From the NCBI GenBank assembly GCA_963703225.1, contig OY969801.1, forward strand, positions 1,120,001 to 1,184,000: DNA of 64,000 nucleotides. Direction: 5' to 3'. Below are positions 1 through 8,317 of this stretch, piece by piece. Position 1 is the stretch's first letter. Each line of letters begins with the position of its first letter. A program made the translations under genes and the position numbers. The notes beneath the pieces were generated by a model, which was not told where the DNA came from, did not search any database, and saw nothing but the letters and a program-made list of their open reading frames with translations. The stretch is from Candidatus Eiseniibacteriota bacterium. GTDB lineage: Bacteria; Eisenbacteria; RBG-16-71-46; SZUA-252.

Positions 1-2
1 CC

Positions 3-653
3 CGGGAGCTATACGCGCTATTCAGAGGAATGCCTCACGGCGCCTACGCTCAGGTTGGACGCATCCGGCTGCCATTTGGGCTCCGGCAAGAGGACCACAC
101 GTCGTTCACACGTGAGCGCCTTCCCTACGATGCGCAGAGGGAGGACGCCGGGATCGAAGTGGGGTCGGTGGGCCCACACTGGTTCGGACAGTTCTCGTTC
201 ACGAACGGTGGGGCACCGTTCAGCCGGCGATCAAATACCTTCGCGGGGAAGATTGGGCGGGCAACGAAGGCATTTCAAGTCGGCGTGTCAGGTTACAGCG
301 AGGCTTACGATGAGGTGAACGATATCGCCCGGTGGTCGGTCTACGCCTCCACCACGCGCGGACCGTTTACCATCCTGGGCGAATACGTCGGGGAGGACTT
401 TCATGGGGGCGGCGATCAAGCCGCGTTCGCGGAAGTTGTATATCGCGTTTCCAGGGGAGTAAACCTGCGCGCAAAGCTGGACTATTTTGATCCACGCCAG
501 CAATTCATCGCATTCCCGGTGCGCCGCTATCTTGGCGAGATCGACTTCAATCCGATGCCATTCGCCAATTTCAAGATCTCGTATCGACACCATAACTACA
601 GAGCGATCGACGATCTCGACGAAGTGTTCGGGATGCTATTCGTCCCGTTCTAG
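3..653 (+). CDS. Outer-membrane beta-barrel/porin-like protein, 5'-truncated by the window edge
   Basis: Frame is open from the window start. Amphipathic beta-strand pattern, 'VGRIRLPFG' porin-like segment, C-terminal Phe (…LFVPF). Confidence 0.6.
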   Translation, partial: RELYALFRGMPHGAYAQVGRIRLPFGLRQEDHTSFTRERLPYDAQREDAGIEVGSVGPHWFGQFSFTNGGAPFSRRSNTFAGKIGRATKAFQVGVSGYSEAYDEVNDIARWSVYASTTRGPFTILGEYVGEDFHGGGDQAAFAEVVYRVSRGVNLRAKLDYFDPRQQFIAFPVRRYLGEIDFNPMPFANFKISYRHHNYRAIDDLDEVFGMLFVPF

Positions 654-693
654 CTCGGGGGATGAGAGTGGTGCGGGGCTGCACCCGACCGCG

Positions 694-1860
694 CTACTTA
701 TAGGCGGGAATCCCCGTGATCGCTTCGCCGATCACGAGGGTGTGGATGTCGTGAGTGCCTTCGTAGGTGTAGACGCTCTCCAGGTTGCACATGTGCCGCC
801 CGCACTGATACTCGTCGGTGATCCCGTTGGCGCCGAGGATCTCCCTCGCCATCCGGGCACACTTGAGCCCCACCTCGACGTTGTTCATCTTGCCCAGAGA
901 AACCTGGTGCGCCTTGATCTTGCCCGCATCTTTGAGCTTGCCGAGCTGCAAAGCCAATAGCTGTCCCTTGGTGATCTCCCGGATCATCCAGGCGAGCTTC
1001 TCCTGCACCATCTGAAATCCCGCGATTGGGCGGTCGAACTGGATCCGCGTCTTGGAGTACTCGAGGGCCTCGTGGTAGCAGGCCATCGCGGCGCCCAGCC
1101 CGCCCCACGCGATTCCATATCGGGCTTGGTTCAAACACCCCAACGGACCCTTGAGCCCCTCGACGCCGGGGAGCAAGTTCTCGAGCGGAATGCGGCAGTC
1201 TTGAAACGTCAGCTCCGACGTCACCGACGCGCGGAGCGAAAACTTGCCGTGAACGTCCTTGGTGGAATATCCGGGCGTCCCTTTATCGACCAGAAATCCC
1301 CGGATCGCGCCGTCCAGGCGGCCCCAGACAATCGCGACGTCGGCGATCCCGCCGTTCGTGATCCACATCTTGCTGCCGTTCAGGACGTAGGAGTTCCCGT
1401 CCTTCCGGGCCGCCGTGCGCATGCCCGCGGGGTTGGAGCCGAAATCGGCCTCGGTGAGGCCGAAGCAGCCGATGATCTTTCCCTGCGCCATCCCGGGGAG
1501 ATACTTGTCCTTCTGCGCGTCCGACCCATACGCGTAGATGGGATACATGCAGAGCGCGCCCTGGACCGAGACAAAGGAGCGGAGCCCGCTGTCCCCGCGC
1601 TCCAGCTCCTGCATGATCAGGCCATACGCGACGTTGTTGAGCCCGGCGCAACCGTAGCCCTGGAGATTGGCACCGAACATACCCAGCTCGGCCATCTCGG
1701 GGATCAGCTCGGCGGGAAAAGTCCCCTCGCGATTGTGGCGCTCGATGATGGGGATCACGCGGTCGGAGACGAAGCGGCGGACCGAATCGCGGACGAGGAT
1801 CTCCTCGTCGCTGAACAAGGCGTCGATCTCGAGGAAATCGACGCCGTCGAACCTCTGCAT
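694..1860 (-). CDS. Acyl-CoA dehydrogenase, glutaryl-CoA dehydrogenase-like
   Basis: ACAD motifs CFGLTE, LNGSKMWITNG, RIQFDRPI, and the GCDH-type TYEGTHDIH; GGAGG RBS upstream. Confidence 0.9.
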   Translation of the reverse strand: MQRFDGVDFLEIDALFSDEEILVRDSVRRFVSDRVIPIIERHNREGTFPAELIPEMAELGMFGANLQGYGCAGLNNVAYGLIMQELERGDSGLRSFVSVQGALCMYPIYAYGSDAQKDKYLPGMAQGKIIGCFGLTEADFGSNPAGMRTAARKDGNSYVLNGSKMWITNGGIADVAIVWGRLDGAIRGFLVDKGTPGYSTKDVHGKFSLRASVTSELTFQDCRIPLENLLPGVEGLKGPLGCLNQARYGIAWGGLGAAMACYHEALEYSKTRIQFDRPIAGFQMVQEKLAWMIREITKGQLLALQLGKLKDAGKIKAHQVSLGKMNNVEVGLKCARMAREILGANGITDEYQCGRHMCNLESVYTYEGTHDIHTLVIGEAITGIPAYK

Positions 1861-1932
1861 GGAGCCTCCGGATCGACCGCGGTGGGGCGCACGGGGTTAG
1901 GAGCCAACGAGCATAGCCGGAGGCCGCGGACT

Positions 1933-1993
1933 GGCGCAATACGGGAGTTGTTGACCCCAGCGGATGGGCGCGATACGGGAGTTACCGACCCCA
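1933..1993. repeat. Imperfect 27-bp direct repeat, 2 copies, 34-bp period
   Basis: GGCGCAATACGGGAGTTGTTGACCCCA (1933-1959) vs GGCGCGATACGGGAGTTACCGACCCCA (1967-1993); 23/27 identical. Confidence 0.85.
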
Positions 1994-2000
1994 AATGTAT

Positions 2001-2030
2001 GAGGCCGCCGGAAGGGGTCTCGGCGGCCTC
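2001..2030. terminator. GC-rich hairpin, probable terminator of the upstream minus-strand operon
   Basis: GAGGCCGCCG-N10-CGGCGGCCTC perfect 10-bp stem just past the stop at 2056; only a weak U-tract. Confidence 0.5.
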
Positions 2031-2055
2031 GAAAAAGCGGGAAGGTGGTCGCTGC

Positions 2056-2718
2056 CTACCAGCCCGCCTTGCCTCCACCATAGCGCGAGAAATGGCTCAG
2101 ATTGGTGACGATGCCGGACATGTTCGACGGATAGGGCGAAGCGAGGCATTCCGGATTGTCGCTCAGGTTCTTGTCCGCACCCATGTCGACCCACTTCTTG
2201 GTCTCCGGGTTGAACCAGTACATCGTGAGCGAATCGGTGCTGCAGAGCGCACCCGTCGTGCTCATGTAGAGGCGGACCGGCTTCCGGAAGAGATTCAATC
2301 TCGCGGGATGAATCTCCACGTCGCAGATCATGATGGTCGAGTCGATCGTCGACATCGTGATCGTGCCCGGGCCGAGAAAGGAGCCTGGGGGCACGTAGAG
2401 GAAGAACCGTCCACACTGCATCTTTCCACCCAGGAGCCCATCGACCACGGCCGTGACCGTCGCCCGGGCGCCATCCCCGAGGAGGCCGGCGCCCATGTTC
2501 GGGGTCCAATCCATGGGCGGCTGCGTCCAGCTTGTTGTGCCGTCCGGATGAACCACGAGAATCTCGGGGCCGAACTGCGGCTGAGGCTCCGTCCCGCCGC
2601 TCCCCGTGCCGCTGCCACCGGTCGGCGGCGGACCGAGCAAGGAGTCGCCGCACCCGGCGAAGACGGCGAGCATCGATAGGAGCAGAGTCCATCGGACGAT
2701 GTGGCTGGTGAGTCTCAT
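2056..2718 (-). CDS. Lipoprotein with ZU5-like domain and C-terminal HFS motif
   Basis: Signal peptide with lipobox FAG|C, Gly/Pro linker, ZU5-like pattern GG…LYVPPG…HP…FRKPVRL, ends LSHFSRYGGGKAGW; ATGA overlap with the upstream gene. Confidence 0.75.
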   Translation of the reverse strand: MRLTSHIVRWTLLLSMLAVFAGCGDSLLGPPPTGGSGTGSGGTEPQPQFGPEILVVHPDGTTSWTQPPMDWTPNMGAGLLGDGARATVTAVVDGLLGGKMQCGRFFLYVPPGSFLGPGTITMSTIDSTIMICDVEIHPARLNLFRKPVRLYMSTTGALCSTDSLTMYWFNPETKKWVDMGADKNLSDNPECLASPYPSNMSGIVTNLSHFSRYGGGKAGW

Positions 2719-3446
2719 GACGTGGGCCTCCGATCAGCGTTAGGGGCCCCGGCGGGAGGGGCCGCTTCAGTTTGAGCGACATAGCGCATATATGCGTCGC
2801 GGATGAAGTAGGTCGCGATGACGGCGAGAAACGCGCTCATATATCCCCAGGTCAGGAAGAGGATCGCGAAAAGGTAGCCGAGCAGCTTCAGAACCACCGC
2901 GCCGACCAGCTCATAGGAGAACGCGAAGCTGGTCCGCCAGACGGTCCAGATGGCCTCGCGCCGGTGGAGTGCCACCACGCCCGAGACCAGCCAGGTGTTG
3001 AGTAGGAAGTAGGTGAGCCCGGACAGGAAGAGCGGGATCGCGTTCAACGGCGAGAGAATCGCGTCGACGCTGGCGCTCTTTCCGCCGGTCTTGAAGAAGA
3101 CGAACGACGCCGCGGCCACCGTCAGGGCGCACGCGGCGGAGTTGAAGAGCGCCTGATACCACTTCCGGCGACGGAAGAGGAGGTCGGCGACCAGGCCGGC
3201 GCACGTCGTGACCGCGATCGCCGGCGATGCCGGCAGAAGGATCAGGGTCGCGAAGTTCGCGGCGTTCGCCATGCTCAGATAGCCGCGCCCCTTGGGGGCC
3301 GGCAGCCAGAGCACCTCGCCCAGGAGATTTGCCAGCAGCCAGAAGAGAAGCGAGAGCGCGCCCACCGTCGGATCGGGTGCGCCGATCCCCCAGAGGGCGA
3401 GGCCTCCAGCCGCGACAACCAAGGCGATGTAGCCTGTCAGGAGCAT
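2715..3446 (-). CDS. Multi-pass membrane protein, MASE-like sensor domain without output domain
   Basis: Start chosen at ATG 3446 (MLLTGY…) with a GGAG RBS. About 7-8 hydrophobic segments with 'ALFN' and 'YFLLNTWLV' motifs, resembling membrane modules N-terminal to HD-GYP/GGDEF/kinase domains. Confidence 0.7.
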   Translation of the reverse strand: MLLTGYIALVVAAGGLALWGIGAPDPTVGALSLLFWLLANLLGEVLWLPAPKGRGYLSMANAANFATLILLPASPAIAVTTCAGLVADLLFRRRKWYQALFNSAACALTVAAASFVFFKTGGKSASVDAILSPLNAIPLFLSGLTYFLLNTWLVSGVVALHRREAIWTVWRTSFAFSYELVGAVVLKLLGYLFAILFLTWGYMSAFLAVIATYFIRDAYMRYVAQTEAAPPAGAPNADRRPTS

Positions 3447-3456
3447 CTCTTTCTCC

Positions 3457-3534
3457 CTAGAACGCGCAGAGCCCGAGCACCGCGGATCCCGCGAGCGCGA
3501 GTCGGAAGAGAACCTTCTTCGGCAACCGTCCCAT
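3457..3534 (-). CDS. Small hydrophobic peptide, 25 aa: MGRLPKKVLFRLALAGSAVLGLCAF
   Basis: Perfect AGGAGG (3545-3540) 5 nt before the ATG; stop lies 10 nt before the next ATG; basic N-terminus plus hydrophobic core. Not in the ORF track. Confidence 0.7.
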   Translation of the reverse strand: MGRLPKKVLFRLALAGSAVLGLCAF

Positions 3535-3615
3535 CTGAGCCTCCTGTTCTTGTCTACGCCAAGCTTCGGTCCATGCCGGGCGTCTCCCACATCCCCATTC
3601 CCACGCCTATGGGGA

Positions 3616-3631
3616 CGCATGGGACGTGCCC
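3616..3631 (-). promoter_or_regulatory. Putative sigma54 (-24/-12) promoter
   Basis: Minus strand GGGCACGTCCCATGCG = GG-N10-GC with a GGCACG core. Confidence 0.55.
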
Positions 3632-3648
3632 GGAACGACCGTAGCTCG

Positions 3649-3675
3649 TAACTGATTTATTTACAGTAATTTATA
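3649..3675. promoter_or_regulatory. AT-rich IHF-like binding site
   Basis: TAACTGATTTATT is one mismatch from YAANNNNTTGATW; it sits in an AT island just upstream of the putative -24 element. Confidence 0.4.
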
Positions 3676-3857
3676 GTGCTTACTCTAAAGTCGGACTGAA
3701 GCCGAAGCGGGCCGATTTGCGCAAAGAATGGCCCGATCGAGCCAGGGGTGGGGGGTCGGCGGGTCCGGTGGCACGCTGCTCAGGGAGTGCGGTATAGTCG
3801 CTCGCGCGCGGGCTCGGGTTCGTCTACTTCCGCCGTGCGAGCTGCGCGACCAGGGTT

Positions 3858-3935
3858 GTCCCCATCGTCTAGCCTGGCCTAGGACACCGCCCTTTCACGG
3901 CGGCAACAGGGGTTCGAATCCCCTTGGGGACACCA
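3858..3935 (+). tRNA. tRNA-Glu (TTC)
   Basis: Acceptor stem GTCCCCA/TGGGGAC, anticodon arm CCGCC-CT-TTC-AC-GGCGG, GGTTCGAATCC T-arm, encoded CCA. Confidence 0.97.
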
Positions 3936-3952
3936 CTTTCATCGAGACTATT

Positions 3953-4717
3953 GTGGGCACCAGGATCGTTCTTTCAGTAGTGTCCGTCCTGCTGATTCAC
4001 TTGAGTCTCGGCTGCAGTCCTCGCAAATCGGAGCGCGACGCTCGAGCGCCTGCAAAGGGTACAGAGAGTCCTACTCCCCCGCCACAGCCCACTGGCCCGC
4101 AGATCGGGAACAGCGATTCGCTCATGAATGCAATCGCACCAGAGCTTTCCGACTGGGTAAGCATGTGGCGTGCGGCCCTCCCCGGCTTCGAGGTTGATTC
4201 GACGTGGGGAGGCGTACAGCAACGTTGGTCACCAATCTTCTCCGACACGATTGAGGATGACTTCGGGAAGACTGTCAGTGGGGGAGACATCACGTTCAAG
4301 CTACTAGGAGTAACGTCTCCTGGGGGGCGCTACGTCCTAGATATCGATCGGTACCAGCACATCGGACTGGAGAATGACGAGCTGGAAGTGGGCGGCGAGC
4401 CAGATTCGTGGACTCTTCTGATTGACCGTCGAGCGAACAGGGAAATGACTCTTGCCCGTTGTGGGACCCCCTGCGGATATCACTGGGGTAGGTGGCTATC
4501 TCCGACGAAGTTCGCCCTCGCCGGCTGGCAGGACGCCGATGAGTCCAGCGAGTGGAAGCAAGGTAATCTCCTGATCTATTCCATGACCGACTCGACCGTC
4601 GATGCGTACGTCACGCGGATCGTTTCGGCGAGCGATTACGAGCTGTATCAGGAGGCATGGAAGGCTTGGCTGCTGAGGCGCTATCATGAGTTCAGGTCGT
4701 CCCACGCAGGTTCTTAG
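3953..4717 (+). CDS. Hypothetical lipoprotein
   Basis: The long ORF overlaps the tRNA, so the start was placed at GTG 3953. Hydrophobic leader ending LSLG|C, Pro-rich linker, Trp-rich body with CGTPC; more A/T-ending codons than core genes. Confidence 0.55.
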   Translation: MGTRIVLSVVSVLLIHLSLGCSPRKSERDARAPAKGTESPTPPPQPTGPQIGNSDSLMNAIAPELSDWVSMWRAALPGFEVDSTWGGVQQRWSPIFSDTIEDDFGKTVSGGDITFKLLGVTSPGGRYVLDIDRYQHIGLENDELEVGGEPDSWTLLIDRRANREMTLARCGTPCGYHWGRWLSPTKFALAGWQDADESSEWKQGNLLIYSMTDSTVDAYVTRIVSASDYELYQEAWKAWLLRRYHEFRSSHAGS

Positions 4718-5751
4718 AGAGCTTCGCGCTCCTGCCAGGACTCCACGGCTTTAAAGCCCACCAGAAGGCGCTGCTCTTCATCCCAGAGCCTATACGAGAG
4801 CGACTTGAGGCTGTCGAGGAGGGTCACCCGTTTGACCTTCTGGTAGATCTCGCTTCCGTCGTGGCACCGCGCCAAGTTGTAGTTCGGAATACGCGGGCTG
4901 AGATGATGGATGTGATGGTAACCAATATTCCCCGTGAACCAGCGGAGCACCGGCGGGAGATCGTAGAAGGAGCTCCCATCGAGGGCGACCGTGACGTAAT
5001 CCCACGCTTCCTCGCGATCCCAGTAGACGCCCTCGAACTGGTGTTGGACATAGAAGAGCCAGACGCCGACCGCGGAGCCCACGAAGAAGATCGGGATCTG
5101 GATCAGCAGGTAGGCCTTCAGCCCCATGATCATGCTCATCCCGGCCACCATGGCCAGGAGCATGAGATTGGTCCGGTAGACGCTCTGCCGCTCGCGCTTA
5201 CTCGCCCAGGGCCTTGGCCAACGCTGCCCGATGACGATCGCGTAGAAGGCACCCACGGTGAACATCAGCCAGGGATTCCGATAGGCCCGGTACCCCACTC
5301 GCTCCCAGAACGGGAGCTTCAGGTACTCCCTAACCGTGAGCGTCCAGATGTCTCCCACCCCGCGATGGTCCAGATTGCCCGCGGTGGCGTGGTGCTTCGC
5401 ATGATCCTGCCGCCAATGATGGTACGGGATGAACATGAGGAGATCGGCGAGGATGCCCACGATCTCGTTCGCCTTCCGCGACTTGAAGAAGGAGCCGTGG
5501 CCGCAGTCGTGCGCGATGATGAAGCTACGGATCAAGAAGCCCGCCGCCGGGATGGAGAGCGCGAGCGTGATCCAGTAGGAGACGCCGAGAGAGAGGTACA
5601 TCAGATACCAGAGCGCGAAGTAGGGGAGGAACGTGGTGGCGATCTGGAGAATTGCCCGCCCCAAGTGAGGCGTTTCATATTCGGCCACGGTCGCGCGCCA
5701 CGCTTGCGGATCGGTGCCTGAGAGCTGGCGTGCCGTGGCTGATTCCGTCAT
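4714..5751 (-). CDS. Membrane fatty acid desaturase (Bacillus Des-like)
   Basis: Three His boxes HDCGH, HAKHH, HHIHH plus YVQHQFE; ATG 5751 with GGAGG RBS. Confidence 0.9.
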   Translation of the reverse strand: MTESATARQLSGTDPQAWRATVAEYETPHLGRAILQIATTFLPYFALWYLMYLSLGVSYWITLALSIPAAGFLIRSFIIAHDCGHGSFFKSRKANEIVGILADLLMFIPYHHWRQDHAKHHATAGNLDHRGVGDIWTLTVREYLKLPFWERVGYRAYRNPWLMFTVGAFYAIVIGQRWPRPWASKRERQSVYRTNLMLLAMVAGMSMIMGLKAYLLIQIPIFFVGSAVGVWLFYVQHQFEGVYWDREEAWDYVTVALDGSSFYDLPPVLRWFTGNIGYHHIHHLSPRIPNYNLARCHDGSEIYQKVKRVTLLDSLKSLSYRLWDEEQRLLVGFKAVESWQEREAL

Positions 5752-5955
5752 GTGCCTCCGCTCGATGAACTTGCTGATGTGGTCCACGTAAGCGAGCGCT
5801 CCGCGCAAGCGCTCATAGAAGCATGGTATGCGACGGAGCGAAGTTTATGCAAGCTGACATTGCTAACGGACCCTGTGCTAGGATTTCACCGCGTCTGGGG
5901 ACGGGGCTATGAGCGCGCCGGGCCCACGCGCCCACGCCCAAAGGGTAGAAGCGTC

Positions 5956-8209
5956 ATGCGCGTTTATCCCTCGCTTGCAATAATCCTCAGTCTTCTATTC
6001 GGGGCGCCTCGCACTTGCCTCGCCGAGCCTAGCCTCGGCGACACGCTCGGCTTCGAAGTTCCATGGCAGGGTCGCGCGATGGGCGGCTGGACGGGCAGCC
6101 CCTCCGGAACGCTATTCCACGACAGCCTGAGCGTGCACTCAGGGCGCTTCGCGGTCCGGATGGAGCGGACTTCGCCCAGCACCACGGAATTTTCTCACAT
6201 AGGTCGAACCCTCCCGATCACCTTTGCGGGGGATACCCTCGAGCTTCGCGGGTGGCTGCGGACGGAGGGCGTTCTGGAATACGCCGGCCTGTGGCTTCGC
6301 GAGGACGGAGCCGGCGGGTCGGTCGAATTCGACAACATGCAGGATCGGAATATCAAGGGGACGACGCCCTGGACGGAATATCGGATCGCGCTGCCGCTCA
6401 ACCGGAAGGCGAAGACCGTCGTGTTCGGCGCGCTGCTGGTAGGACCGGGCGCGATCCAGGTCGACGACCTGCGCCTACTCGTCGACGGTCAGGATCCGTC
6501 GCGGGCGCCTCCGTTCGTCCACGTGCCGACCGCGGCCGAGACCGATCACGAGTTCGATGGCGATTCGCGGGTCGTGGTCACCCGTCTGAGCCCACAGCAG
6601 GTGGAGAACCTTGTCCTTCTCGGGAAGGTGTGGGGGTTCGTCAAGTACCACCATCCGCGTGTGGCGGCAGCCCAGCTGAACTGGGACTACGAGCTGTTTC
6701 GGGCCCTGCCCTCGGTGCTGGCCGCCGCGGATCGATCACAGGCCGCGAGCGCCATCGCGACCTGGCTCGACCGGATCGGCGCTCCCGAGCCGCCCAAGGA
6801 GCCCGCCACCCCTCCAGATTCCGCTCAAACGCTGGCGCCAATCAAATGGATCGGGGATCGGACCCATCTGGGTGAGGACCTATGCGCGCGCCTCGAGCGC
6901 ATCCACGCCCGACGCGGCCCCGACGAGGATCAGTATTACGTCGGGCTGTTTCCAGGAGTCGGGAATCCAGATTTCTCCAATGAATCGCCCTACGCCAATC
7001 CGGCGTTTCCCGACGCGGGGTATCGCCTCCTCGCGCTCTTTCGATTCTGGAACATCATCGAGTATTGGAGTCCCTACCGCGCCTTGATCCGCGAAGATTG
7101 GGACGGTGTGCTCCGGGAGTTCGTCCCGAGGCTTGTCGCCGCCCAGACCCAGGACGAGTACCGTCTCGCGATGATGGCGCTCGTCGCGCGCGTCCACGAC
7201 AGCCACACCAATCTCTGGAGCTCACTCGACGTTCGGCCGCCTCGGGGCGACTGCCAGCTCCCGGTGACTCTGCGATTCGTCCAAGGCAAGTTCGTGGTTG
7301 GGGCCTACGCGGATTCGCTGCTTGGCTCGAAGAGCGGGCTCAAGATTGGAGACGTGATCCAGAGCCTCGATGGTCTGCGTGTGGATTCGCTCGCGACGGC
7401 GTGGGCACCGTACTATGGCGCGTCGAACGAGGCTGCCCGGATGCGCGACATCGCGCGGACGCTCACGCGCGGTCGCCTGCGGGCCGTGCCGTGTGCGCGT
7501 CTCGCGCGCCGGTAAACCCCTTTCGATAACCGCGGCAAGAGACTCGACCTCGAAGCTGGACCGCATGGTGGGATGGACCCACGACTTGCCTGGCGCCACG
7601 TTCCGGCTGCTCGACAAGGATGTCGCCTACCTGAAACTATCGTCGATCGCCGTGGCCGACGTGCCAGAGTACCTACGGGCGGCGGCAGGCACTCGCTGTC
7701 TCGTCATCGACATTCGGGGATATCCCAAAGAGTCCTCGATATACGAGCTGGGGCCGCACCTGATCTCGGCCCCAACCCCGTTCGCGCGGTTTACCAAGGG
7801 AGATCTAAGCAACCCGGGTGCCTTCCTTTGGACGCCGTCCTACTCCATCCAGGCTCCAGCCGAGCCGCGCTACCCCGGCTCGATCGTGATTCTCGTGGAC
7901 GAAACCTCAATGAGCCATGCGGAATTCACCGCGATGGCCTTCCGCGCCGCGCCAAAGGCCCTCGTCGTCGGCAGCACGACCACCGGCGCCGACGGCAACG
8001 TGTCGCGCATCTCGTTTCCCGGCGGAATCCACACGGTGATCAGCGGCATCGGGGTGTTCTATCCCGACAAGAGACCGACCCAGCAAGTCGGGATCATTCC
8101 AGACCTCGTCGTGAGGCCGACCATCGAGGGGATTCGCGAGGGAAGGGACGAGGTCTTGGAGGCGGCCGTGAAGAGGGCCATTGGCAAGGAGATCCACGTC
8201 GATCGATGA
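5956..8209 (+). CDS. Secreted S41 family peptidase, split by a +1 frameshift near 7474 (~750 aa if joined)
   Basis: Signal peptide, N-terminal beta-sandwich-like domain, VWGFVKYHHP, PDZ-like segment, then in the second frame IDIRGYP, SMSHAE, GADGN, GIIPD. Removing one base joins the frames. Confidence 0.85.
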
Positions 8210-8317
8210 CCCCGAGCAAGAACCCGAAAAGTCGCCTATAATGTCGCCCGCAGGACAACGGGAAGCTCTGACCGCGCTGAGAACCCGATCCAAGACCGAA
8301 TAACCGAGGGGAGTCAT

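Noticed and set aside
1933..1993. Mini CRISPR array
   Set aside because: Only two imperfect units with a 7-bp spacer, and no cas genes in the window.
3447..3620. N-terminal 58 aa of the 301-aa ORF
   Set aside because: Arg-rich non-protein-like sequence overlapping the small-peptide ORF and promoter; ATG 3446 has its own RBS.
3728..3952. N-terminal extension of the 329-aa ORF
   Set aside because: It runs through the tRNA-Glu gene; the signal peptide starts at about 3953.
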